IMG/VR virus record: IMGVR_UViG_3300025096_000089
Location: 1-28,497 of that record
DNA length: 28,497 bases
Source: a virus
Taxonomy: Duplodnaviria; Caudoviricetes
Direction: 5' to 3' (one strand)
Shown here: positions 9,285-17,089 of the stretch, one piece after another
Layout: each line of letters starts with the position of its first letter
How positions within the stretch are numbered: position 1 is the stretch's first letter
Program-made: the position numbers and the translations under genes
The notes under the pieces: generated by a model
Seen by the model: only the letters and a program-made list of their open reading frames with translations
The model's database searches: none
What the model was told of the DNA's origin: nothing

Positions 9285-10105
9285 AGATATCTACCCACTT
9301 TCTTCTGAGCAATAAAGACTCAGTTCTCCTACCTATAACAAAGAAACAAAACAGTTCTTTTAATTATGTAGATTTCCCAAATAAAAACATTGTTTCAAAC
9401 GATAATGTCTATCTATCAAAACAAAAATCAAACTCTTGTGTTTTAGACATAATAGTTACCTCTCCACCACCACTAGGAGAACTAAAACTAACAAACCAAG
9501 AGATACTTACTTGGGACGACCTATGGATAGATGCAGAGACTGGTAATAGCGTAGATCCACATATAGAGTCTATTAACTTGCAAAGAAACTCTTTGCTCTA
9601 TGTTAATATGAACCTTAAAAGGTCATTTCTTAAAAGGATAAATTTAGAGGGAAATATTAATCTCAGGTCTTTTACTGGATCTAATTTATCTGCCCTAGAA
9701 TTTCTAGATCTTACTGATTGCATTAATTTAGAGTCTGTTTTATTAGGCTTGTCTAAAAATATCAAGGTATTGAGTTTAAAGAACTGTAGGTTAACAGAAG
9801 ACGGACTAGAAGAAACATTGAGTTCTTTTAGACCAACAAAAACTTCTTCGGCTAACATATTTCCGGGCTCTTTACCTCCTTTTAGAAAATCTTATAGCAC
9901 TCTATTAGACCTAAGGGGCAATGACATCCCCTGGGGTAATAACAAGATTGCGTCTAAGATTAGATTGTTAGTCACAAATAATTGGCTGGTGTTATGGGAT
10001 AATGCTCCTCCAACAAACGTAATCCCGATTCAAATGTATGCTTTTTTTCCTAAGAATCTAAGTAATATCCAAATAGATCAATACTATGGCAGACCTAAGA
10101 TCTAA
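9281..10105 (+). CDS. Leucine-rich-repeat-like protein
   Basis: ATGA overlap with the upstream gene. Tandem LxxLxLxx(N/C) units: IESINLQRN, LKRINLEGN, LEFLDLTDC, IKVLSLKNC, LLDLRGN. Confidence 0.7.
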   Translation: MKISTHFLLSNKDSVLLPITKKQNSSFNYVDFPNKNIVSNDNVYLSKQKSNSCVLDIIVTSPPPLGELKLTNQEILTWDDLWIDAETGNSVDPHIESINLQRNSLLYVNMNLKRSFLKRINLEGNINLRSFTGSNLSALEFLDLTDCINLESVLLGLSKNIKVLSLKNCRLTEDGLEETLSSFRPTKTSSANIFPGSLPPFRKSYSTLLDLRGNDIPWGNNKIASKIRLLVTNNWLVLWDNAPPTNVIPIQMYAFFPKNLSNIQIDQYYGRPKI

Positions 10106-11159
10106 ATTTATTGAAGACTACGCCGGTGGTCTCTTAAATGTATCTAGACAAGAACTTTCAAGCACTGGAGAAGTGCTCTCTCAAGATGGATTGCTATCTG
10201 ATAGCAGTATATTTGTAGAGGATGGCTCCGGATCAAAGAGCGGACTAAAGCTCGGCGTTTCTATCTGCGAGGTGGTAGACCCTACAACACCACAAGGTGC
10301 TGTTAGTGTTCGATACGCTGATAGAACGTACGCTAGCACCAGAGATTTAAAAATATTCTCTACGGCTCTAGCTTCAGCACAAGCGGCTTTATCAGACGCA
10401 ACTGCTACTTCAATAACTAATTTAGAAAATGCTTTTCAACTTCTAGAAACAGCACAAGACACATTACAAAGTACTTTCTCTTCTAGGAAGGATATCGTAG
10501 ATGGGCAGCTACAAAGATTAGATGAATTAGATACGTTATCTAGCACAGTAACCGCACTAGCGGGAGTAACAGAGTCTCTAAGGACCGCTGTAACGACCTT
10601 TGTAACCCAAGACGAAGTTGTTAACACCTCAAGGTTTTACACCTCAACGGGTAATACTACCCGTGCTTCTATCGTTCAGTTTTATAAAACAAAAGGAGAG
10701 CGCTCTGATCAACAGGGATCGCTTCGCAGAGAAGATGAGCTCGGTAAAATTGAATTTGCAGGAAATGACGGCAATGTTAAAGTAGTAGGATCTTCTATTT
10801 GTGCTATAGCTGCCACAGCTTGGGATACTGACGAGAGAGGAACCTATCTTGGTTTTAATTGGGTGGGAACTGATGAGACGGACAACTCTTCTACGATATC
10901 TGAGTGGGTATCTTTTGGTAAGCCTTTTGATAGCAGCGACGCCATAGGACCCAGAACTATCACTTTTGCATCTATACCAAGTCAGGCGACTGATACGAGC
11001 GCCAGGCCAAACGTTCATATAAACGAAGACGGGCAACTGCTTAGAACTACTACCCCGTCAATAACAGTAGCAGAATTGAAAGCACTCGTGGAGGATAACA
11101 CCACCTATGCAACCTTTCAAGCCGCGATTGCGAATCTGAATGAAGAATCAATCACTTAA
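10086..11159 (+). CDS. Putative fibre/whisker-like structural protein
   Basis: N-terminal VEDGSGSKSGLKLG, a central heptad-like coiled coil, then FYKTKG...ELGKIEFAGNDG...SSICAIA...GTYLGF as seen in trimeric tail fibres. Confidence 0.55.
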   Translation: MADLRSKFIEDYAGGLLNVSRQELSSTGEVLSQDGLLSDSSIFVEDGSGSKSGLKLGVSICEVVDPTTPQGAVSVRYADRTYASTRDLKIFSTALASAQAALSDATATSITNLENAFQLLETAQDTLQSTFSSRKDIVDGQLQRLDELDTLSSTVTALAGVTESLRTAVTTFVTQDEVVNTSRFYTSTGNTTRASIVQFYKTKGERSDQQGSLRREDELGKIEFAGNDGNVKVVGSSICAIAATAWDTDERGTYLGFNWVGTDETDNSSTISEWVSFGKPFDSSDAIGPRTITFASIPSQATDTSARPNVHINEDGQLLRTTTPSITVAELKALVEDNTTYATFQAAIANLNEESIT

Positions 11160-11498
11160 AAATACTTCTTCTAATACTGCTTTTTCTAGTCGGATCGCGT
11201 AAATCGGCCCGACTTTTTTTAGTATGGCAAAAACTATGCCTTCTCTTTTATCTATTTCAGATGGCAGAAGCTTCTCTGTAACGTTCTTTAAGGTATCATC
11301 GCCTCCTAGCATAGGAGCAATATGAGTCTCTCCAAAAAGCCAAGTTATATCTGACTGGTCTTCTGTTGCTATATACAGCCCTATTGGCTCGTTATCCCTA
11401 AGGCTTTTTTTAAATGCCGGGACCAATTCTTTCTCTAGTACTGATATATTTTTGAATATCTTCTTAATTTTTTCTCGTGATGCTGGATGTTCAAACAT
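11148..11498 (-). CDS. Hypothetical protein
   Basis: 116 aa; start overlaps the stop of the deaminase (TAATG). Confidence 0.75.
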   Translation of the reverse strand: MFEHPASREKIKKIFKNISVLEKELVPAFKKSLRDNEPIGLYIATEDQSDITWLFGETHIAPMLGGDDTLKNVTEKLLPSEIDKREGIVFAILKKVGPIYAIRLEKAVLEEVFLSD

Positions 11499-11905
11499 TA
11501 CATTTTTTCAATTTCTACACCAAGTTGCTTTAAAACATCAATGCCGTCAGTAATTCTGTATTCATGACGATAGTAGACTTTTTTAACACCCGCTTGAGCA
11601 ATCATTTTTGAGCAGTCAGGACATGGACTATGCGTGCAGAATAACTCGGCTCCATCAATAGACTCAGAAGACTTTGCCATCTTAATCAAGGCGTTTTGTT
11701 CGGCGTGTAAAACGAAGGGATTAGTGCCTCCGTCTTCTTTTTCACAACAGTTAGTATGAAAACCTGAAGGAGTTCCGTTCCAGCCATGAGCTAGGATGCT
11801 CCCGTTTTTGACTACAATCGCGCCTACTTTCATTCGATCACACTCAGAAACTTCAGAAAAAAGTTCAGCGGTCTTCATGTAAGCTTCTTTGATCTTAGGC
11901 TTCAT
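11498..11905 (-). CDS. dCMP deaminase (ComEB/T4 cd-like)
   Basis: KVGAIVVK, GWNG, HAEQNA and PCPDC zinc-binding motifs. Confidence 0.93.
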   Translation of the reverse strand: MKPKIKEAYMKTAELFSEVSECDRMKVGAIVVKNGSILAHGWNGTPSGFHTNCCEKEDGGTNPFVLHAEQNALIKMAKSSESIDGAELFCTHSPCPDCSKMIAQAGVKKVYYRHEYRITDGIDVLKQLGVEIEKM

Positions 11906-11924
11906 AAAATAGATTCTTCTACCT

Positions 11925-11953
11925 ATTATATCATTTAAATACGCTTGTGTCTA
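11925..11953 (-). promoter_or_regulatory. Sigma70-type promoter for dCMP deaminase
   Basis: TAGACA (11953-11948), 17-nt spacer, TATAAT (11930-11925), with extended -10 TGn. Confidence 0.75.
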
Positions 11954-12204
11954 ATATCTGTAATACCTTGTTCTTCTTTTAAGAACTTCTTATAGGCTTC
12001 AAAATGGCGTATGTCCTCTTGTCCTAAGAAGATCTTACCTGTCTTAGGAGGCCTTGCTTTCTTTTTTTGTACAGGAGGTTTTTCAGATGGCTCCGTGTCC
12101 GTAAGAAAGTTTTCTAACTCTTCTTGAGGGATTTTGTACTTCTCTTCTTGAGTAGGTTCTACAGCTTTAGCTGCCGCTGGCTTCCTAGGCTTTCTTACTG
12201 TCAT
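11935..12204 (-). CDS. Hypothetical basic protein
   Basis: 89 aa, Lys/Pro-rich; ATGA-coupled to the upstream ORF. Confidence 0.7.
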   Translation of the reverse strand: MTVRKPRKPAAAKAVEPTQEEKYKIPQEELENFLTDTEPSEKPPVQKKKARPPKTGKIFLGQEDIRHFEAYKKFLKEEQGITDIRHKRI

Positions 12205-12599
12205 ATCCTTCGCCTCCTACAAGTAGAACAGCCTGTCTGGCCATTTACCCTAGAAGGGCCTGGATATTGTGTTCCTGGGGCATCCGCACTAGAATTAACT
12301 TCTACAAGGCCGGGGGCCAATGTAGATGCTTTCTTAGTTCTCTTATCAGCCCAATCTTGCCAGCCCCACATATCTTCTGATCCGTAGACGTGAGGATTTT
12401 GTTCAGAATTATTAGCCATAGAAGCTCTGGTATTTCTAGAAAGTCCTGGATTAACTCTATTAGAGGACTTTAAATATTTGTCCTGAGATAGGGCCTCTCT
12501 AACATACGCCATGTTCTGAGTTGTTCTGGCCCTGTAGTCAGAGTTTTGTCTTAGGGTTTTCCAAGACTCATATGGCGCATTTGAAGAATTAATAGCCAT
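12201..12599 (-). CDS. Hypothetical protein with C-terminal CxxC
   Basis: 132 aa ending GCSTCRRRRI; preceded by the late motif. Confidence 0.7.
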   Translation of the reverse strand: MAINSSNAPYESWKTLRQNSDYRARTTQNMAYVREALSQDKYLKSSNRVNPGLSRNTRASMANNSEQNPHVYGSEDMWGWQDWADKRTKKASTLAPGLVEVNSSADAPGTQYPGPSRVNGQTGCSTCRRRRI

Positions 12600-12620
12600 T
12601 TTTATTTCTATCTAAGAGGT

Positions 12621-12653
12621 CTTTAAACAAAAAATCAAAATTAGAGTTTAAAG
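12621..12653. promoter_or_regulatory. Divergent pair of putative late promoter motifs
   Basis: CTTTAAAC at 12621-12628 (21 nt from ATG 12599) and GTTTAAAG at 12646-12653 (26 nt from ATG 12680). Confidence 0.65.
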
Positions 12654-12679
12654 AAAAGAACGTATAACTCAATTAAATC

Positions 12680-13024
12680 ATGGCTACCAGCAAAATGTCT
12701 CGGCCTGGGGCAGAAGAAAGCGGCACTTTAGAGACCATAAGCGCATTTGATTTTGGCGAACCCGAAGTTGTCCCTGTAGAAATCAGCGAGGGGAAGTTTC
12801 TGTATCTTAAAGAACCGTGTGCCGAAGATCTTATCTATATCTCGGAGATCAATGACGACAAGAAACTAGGAGAGATCGAAGCAACACTTCAGACAATCTG
12901 CATCCTTCATGCTCCCGAAGCTGGGGGCAAAAAGTTGTCTATGAGAGATGCTAAAAAATTAACTGCAAGACAACTAAAAAAGATTGGCGATGCCCTTGGT
13001 AGCTTATTAGGATCTGATGAGTGA
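12680..13024 (+). CDS. Putative tail assembly chaperone
   Basis: 114 aa; LKEPCAEDL...ICIL...KKLTARQLKKI resembles myophage tail assembly chaperones. Confidence 0.55.
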   Translation: MATSKMSRPGAEESGTLETISAFDFGEPEVVPVEISEGKFLYLKEPCAEDLIYISEINDDKKLGEIEATLQTICILHAPEAGGKKLSMRDAKKLTARQLKKIGDALGSLLGSDE

Positions 13025-13445
13025 GAAATACTCTACGATAAGAAGGCATAACTATACTATCTCTATAGTTGATAAGAATAGCAATGCTTTATATTTTAGA
13101 GATATCACAGGAGGAGACTTAGAATTTTTTGAGAGGTTTTTTGAAGAGAGCAAGGAATTATCAATAAGTGACGTTATAGATATACTAGAGGAGATAAACT
13201 TATCGACTATAAAGATAGGCCAATTAACACCAAAGGTTATAAGAGAAGTTTTTGAAATTGTAGTGAAAGAGATATTTTGCAATTTTATGCCTAAACTCAA
13301 ATGGTTAGAGGTATGTTACGCTTTACAAAATAATTCTTTTGTTGCGATGAATTTTTTTGAGTCTCAACCCATGACTAAAATTATGGCAATGATTCAAGTC
13401 CACCAGGATGCAATATCCGAAGCAAATAAATCGCAATCTAAATGA
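13017..13445 (+). CDS. Putative second tail assembly chaperone-like protein
   Basis: 142 aa; FRDITGGDL...GQLTPKVIREV parallels the upstream protein, plus a C-terminal W...QPMTKIMAM segment. Confidence 0.45.
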   Translation: MSEKYSTIRRHNYTISIVDKNSNALYFRDITGGDLEFFERFFEESKELSISDVIDILEEINLSTIKIGQLTPKVIREVFEIVVKEIFCNFMPKLKWLEVCYALQNNSFVAMNFFESQPMTKIMAMIQVHQDAISEANKSQSK

Positions 13446-13684
13446 CAGACGAATTAAGACTGAGACTCATATTAATCTTGTGCTCGATCGTAGTACACAA
13501 GAATGACCCCGAGCTAAAGGGGTTTGTTAAAGTGTGTTCTCACCACGTTACAGACTCTGACTTTAATAGGATAATGCGTAAATCTCTTAAAATCTTAGAG
13601 TTTCAAAAATGTGGTAGTGAAAGCTGCCCAGATTGGTTAATGAATAACTTGTTTGAATTGTACAAAAACGATCCAGAAGATTAA
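13442..13684 (+). CDS. Hypothetical protein
   Basis: 80 aa; start overlaps the previous stop. Confidence 0.7.
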   Translation: MTDELRLRLILILCSIVVHKNDPELKGFVKVCSHHVTDSDFNRIMRKSLKILEFQKCGSESCPDWLMNNLFELYKNDPED

Positions 13685-13703
13685 AGCTTATAAATGGCCA
13701 TTT

Positions 13704-13711
13704 GTTTAAAG
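13704..13711 (+). promoter_or_regulatory. Putative late promoter motif GTTTAAAG
   Basis: 39 nt before the sheath ATG, directly after the 12-bp palindrome AAATGGCCATTT. Confidence 0.65.
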
Positions 13712-13750
13712 GGTATCTGAAAGGCCTCTTACTTTGTAAAGATTTAATTT

Positions 13751-16700
13751 ATGGCTAATCCTGTAAACATCAATGTAGGCGCTCTACAGCGCCCCGGAGT
13801 GTTTGTTACTCAGTCTGCGACTGGCGGATTACCTCAGCCCTTGGCATCTCATGCCATTGGCTACATCTTTGGCTCTACACCCGTAGATCCATATGATGGG
13901 AATCCCCTGGACGAGTATTCATCTCTCCCCCCGTACCTACCAACACAAGTTGGTTCTCTAGAAGATTGGGTTCAAAAAGCTGGTGGAGTCCCCACCGCTT
14001 CTAACAACTTAAAATCTATCGCTTCATATGATTCCGTGAAAGCATTCTTTGAGAATGTTGGCGTTAATGGAATTCTATATTACACTCGCGTAACTCCTAC
14101 TCCAGAGTCCAAGGTCGTTATGACTAAGGCAGCTGGTTGGAACTTATTTTCATTAAAAATTGGCGATCGTTACTTCGGAGATAAGTCTCTGGGTATCAAC
14201 GATTCCGATGGTTTAGAGATCAGAGTTATTACAACTACTGCTCTTGATGCAAATGATAACGCGTTTGATATCGTAGGTTATCTTTCACAAGATGATCCTG
14301 ACTTCAAGACGTTCTATAGAATCGAGCAAACAGACGAAGAAGCAAAACAAGCTACCTTCAGAATTTACTCTAAAGACGTTCACGTAATCCCGACCATCCA
14401 AAGCTTCAAAGGTTATCAGATTTCTGATACCGCATACTCAACTCCAACAGATGCAGGAACTATTAGTCGCTATGTTCCGATCAAAGAGCTTGATTTTAGA
14501 TGCGTTGCTAGAGACGTATCATCACAAGAACCAATTCTTCCTATCTCTGGCTCTGCCATTGGTAATTTCTTAGAAGAAACATCTGTAACTGGAAAGACCG
14601 CTTCTACTGGCTCGTTCGCTACATCTGGCGAGGTTACAATGGGCTCAGGAGAGATCGCTAAGCTTAGCATTGGAGCCGATGCTCTTGCTGCTGGTGATAA
14701 AGTTGTTTTTGAAGGAATCAATCCTGGCCAAGCTGCTTATAGTTCTGCCGGTGAGCTTCCTACTGGAAATATTTTCTATAGCACTACATACACTGTTTTA
14801 AGTGTATCTGGCGATACTTTTATCCTCGATAATGGTTCGAGTGCTGCTCTCACTTTCACGTCTAATTACGACTTAGAAGTAAGAGTTCGTAGACTTGCAT
14901 ATGACCCTGCTGTTCAAGCAGACGTATTTAAAGCAATCGAAGACTTCTTGCTTGATCAAGAGATCTACGCTGCTGACAGCAACATTCCAGATAACAAGAT
15001 TGTAGCCGTTACTACTGACGAAAGAGTCGGAAAAGACGACCATATCAAATGGTCCGATGGATTCGCCGCTTATTATCAGTGGGATACTGGCACTACCGCT
15101 TTCACTGCAGGAGCAGCTGGAGGAGGCCTAACCGAGGTTCCTAATGGAACGATCACTTCTGTAGGCGGTAATGTTACAAGAACTGGATATGTTCCTGACA
15201 GCGTCCAAGTCTTCTATGTAAACATCGCAGGAGAGAACAGAGTCATTATTGCTAATGGCGCTACTCCAGACGAGCTTACAGCAGACATCGTTAAGTCGCT
15301 CAAAGAAGTTCTTGCAGAGAAAGAACTCGATCCTTACTATGATGTAGATGCAGTTACTGTTGACTACTCTGGTTTAGGAGCTGGTAACTTTGCACCTAAC
15401 AACGGCATCGGAATCTCCACATCTACTGCTAATGCAGGTAAGCCTGCTCTTCGTCCTACAAATGACGGAAAAGCACTTACAGGTAGTGTTGCAACGACGG
15501 CTTCTAACACAACTATCCAAGGATCAACTTTAGCTCAGAGCGGCACAGTTGAGCTCTTAGCAAGCGGAGCTTTATTAGGTTCAGGCACGGATTTCCTTTC
15601 ATCTATTGCCCCCGGATATAGACTCCTTATTGGATCCGCTACATATGAAGTTGTTACTGTTTCCTCTAACACTGAGGCTATTGTTAGTAACGACAACAGT
15701 GACACTATTGCTGCTAGCACAAGCTACAGTTCAGTGACAACCAATTTTACTGAGAGCCTTTATAATGGATCTTATGTTGTTATTAATGGTTACAGATTCG
15801 AGGTTGCAAGTGTAACCAACGATTCTGCTTTCGTTGTAACTTCTGCTCCTACATTCACTTCTAGTTCTACTACGGTGTTCCTAGATAGTTCTATTGCTAA
15901 TGGATTCTATCGTCACGATTATATCCTTAAAGTAAAAATTACTTCTAAGAACGGCATCCCTTCTCCTGTTGTTCCCGGTCTTAACAGATACGGACAGAGA
16001 GATACTAACGTAGTTAGAATCAGTTCACTTTCTGAAGCTGCTGACTTCTCTGCTTATAAGTTATCTTCTAAAGCAAGAGCTCAGGACTTTGTTTATGCTA
16101 TCGAGCAAGGCATGGGTGCCAGCGAATATCGCCCTGGTTTCCTCTTTGCCCCAGAAGCATACGCAAGCTTCAAGCAAGAAACTAGTGTTCTTACCAAGAA
16201 AGAAGCAAGAGAAGAAAGAGTGAAAATCTCTCAAGCACTTCTAAGAGCTGCCGAAGGTAAGCTTGGTGAAGTTGAGGGTATCTCTGGTACTCAGCACATC
16301 GCCCTTATCGATTGTGGAGCTGATGAACTCAGCTTGAGTGAAGTACAAGATGAACTCGCCTATGTTAAGTCTACAGCCGGTGCTCCTTTTGGACATGGTG
16401 CTTTCTATGCTCCTTACATTAAGAACGGTGCTGATAGATTTGTTCCTCCTAGCGCGTACATTGCAGGTATTGCCTGCTCTAGATACGTTAACGAAGGATT
16501 CCAACAAGCCCCTGCTGGTGCAAGATATCCGCTAAGAGGGGCCAATGGCCTCCGCTTCGATATCACGGCTCAACAGCAAGAAGTTACATACCCTCTAGGC
16601 CTCAATCCAATTAGAAGCCTACCCAATAGAGGAATTGTTGCCTGGGGTGCTAGAACAATGAGTCCAAACGCCCTCTTCAAGTTTGTTAACACGAGAGCGA

Positions 16701-17080
16701 TCCTTAACGTCCTTCTAGACGTTATGGCTAGGAGCTTCGACGATGTTCTCTTTGAGCAGATCGATTCCGCTGGTACACTCTATTCTAGAGCCAAGTCTAT
16801 TGCCTCTCAGGTTATGGGCCAACTTTATCGTCAGGGTGCGCTCTTTGGCGCAAGACCAGAACAGGCATACCTGGTTGTTTGCTCTGATGCCAACAACAGC
16901 CTGGCTGATCTGGAAAATGGAACATTAAGACTCGATGCTTATGTGGCTACATCGCCAACGCTTGAGCGTCTAGTTGTTACTGTGGTTAGAACACCTGCTG
17001 GTCAGGTTGCTCAGGTACAGGATTCGTTCTCTAGAAACGTAGATAGATTCGACTATCTCCTTAACCAAACTACCGTTTGA
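13751..17080 (+). CDS. Contractile tail sheath protein with large internal insertions
   Basis: N-terminal RPGVFV and AFFENVG; C-terminal FYAPY, VPPSAYIAG, APAG, LNPIR..PNRGIVAWGARTM, FVNTR, VLFE, GALFGARPEQAY.V.C..NN. Confidence 0.95.
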   Translation: MANPVNINVGALQRPGVFVTQSATGGLPQPLASHAIGYIFGSTPVDPYDGNPLDEYSSLPPYLPTQVGSLEDWVQKAGGVPTASNNLKSIASYDSVKAFFENVGVNGILYYTRVTPTPESKVVMTKAAGWNLFSLKIGDRYFGDKSLGINDSDGLEIRVITTTALDANDNAFDIVGYLSQDDPDFKTFYRIEQTDEEAKQATFRIYSKDVHVIPTIQSFKGYQISDTAYSTPTDAGTISRYVPIKELDFRCVARDVSSQEPILPISGSAIGNFLEETSVTGKTASTGSFATSGEVTMGSGEIAKLSIGADALAAGDKVVFEGINPGQAAYSSAGELPTGNIFYSTTYTVLSVSGDTFILDNGSSAALTFTSNYDLEVRVRRLAYDPAVQADVFKAIEDFLLDQEIYAADSNIPDNKIVAVTTDERVGKDDHIKWSDGFAAYYQWDTGTTAFTAGAAGGGLTEVPNGTITSVGGNVTRTGYVPDSVQVFYVNIAGENRVIIANGATPDELTADIVKSLKEVLAEKELDPYYDVDAVTVDYSGLGAGNFAPNNGIGISTSTANAGKPALRPTNDGKALTGSVATTASNTTIQGSTLAQSGTVELLASGALLGSGTDFLSSIAPGYRLLIGSATYEVVTVSSNTEAIVSNDNSDTIAASTSYSSVTTNFTESLYNGSYVVINGYRFEVASVTNDSAFVVTSAPTFTSSSTTVFLDSSIANGFYRHDYILKVKITSKNGIPSPVVPGLNRYGQRDTNVVRISSLSEAADFSAYKLSSKARAQDFVYAIEQGMGASEYRPGFLFAPEAYASFKQETSVLTKKEAREERVKISQALLRAAEGKLGEVEGISGTQHIALIDCGADELSLSEVQDELAYVKSTAGAPFGHGAFYAPYIKNGADRFVPPSAYIAGIACSRYVNEGFQQAPAGARYPLRGANGLRFDITAQQQEVTYPLGLNPIRSLPNRGIVAWGARTMSPNALFKFVNTRAILNVLLDVMARSFDDVLFEQIDSAGTLYSRAKSIASQVMGQLYRQGALFGARPEQAYLVVCSDANNSLADLENGTLRLDAYVATSPTLERLVVTVVRTPAGQVAQVQDSFSRNVDRFDYLLNQTTV

Positions 17081-17089
17081 TAATTAAAA

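Noticed and set aside
9774-9781. GTTTAAAG inside the LRR-like gene (also antisense GTTTAAAA near 7606-7613)
   Set aside because: No start codon at the usual 20-40 nt spacing; probably chance occurrences.
12976-13002. Slippery heptamer A-AAA-AAG near the end of the chaperone-like ORF as a G/G-T frameshift
   Set aside because: The -1 frame stops at TAG 13000-13002 after six codons; the downstream ORF is in the +1 frame.
13692-13703. 12-bp palindrome AAATGGCCATTT as a terminator or operator
   Set aside because: Loopless, weak and single-copy; insufficient support.
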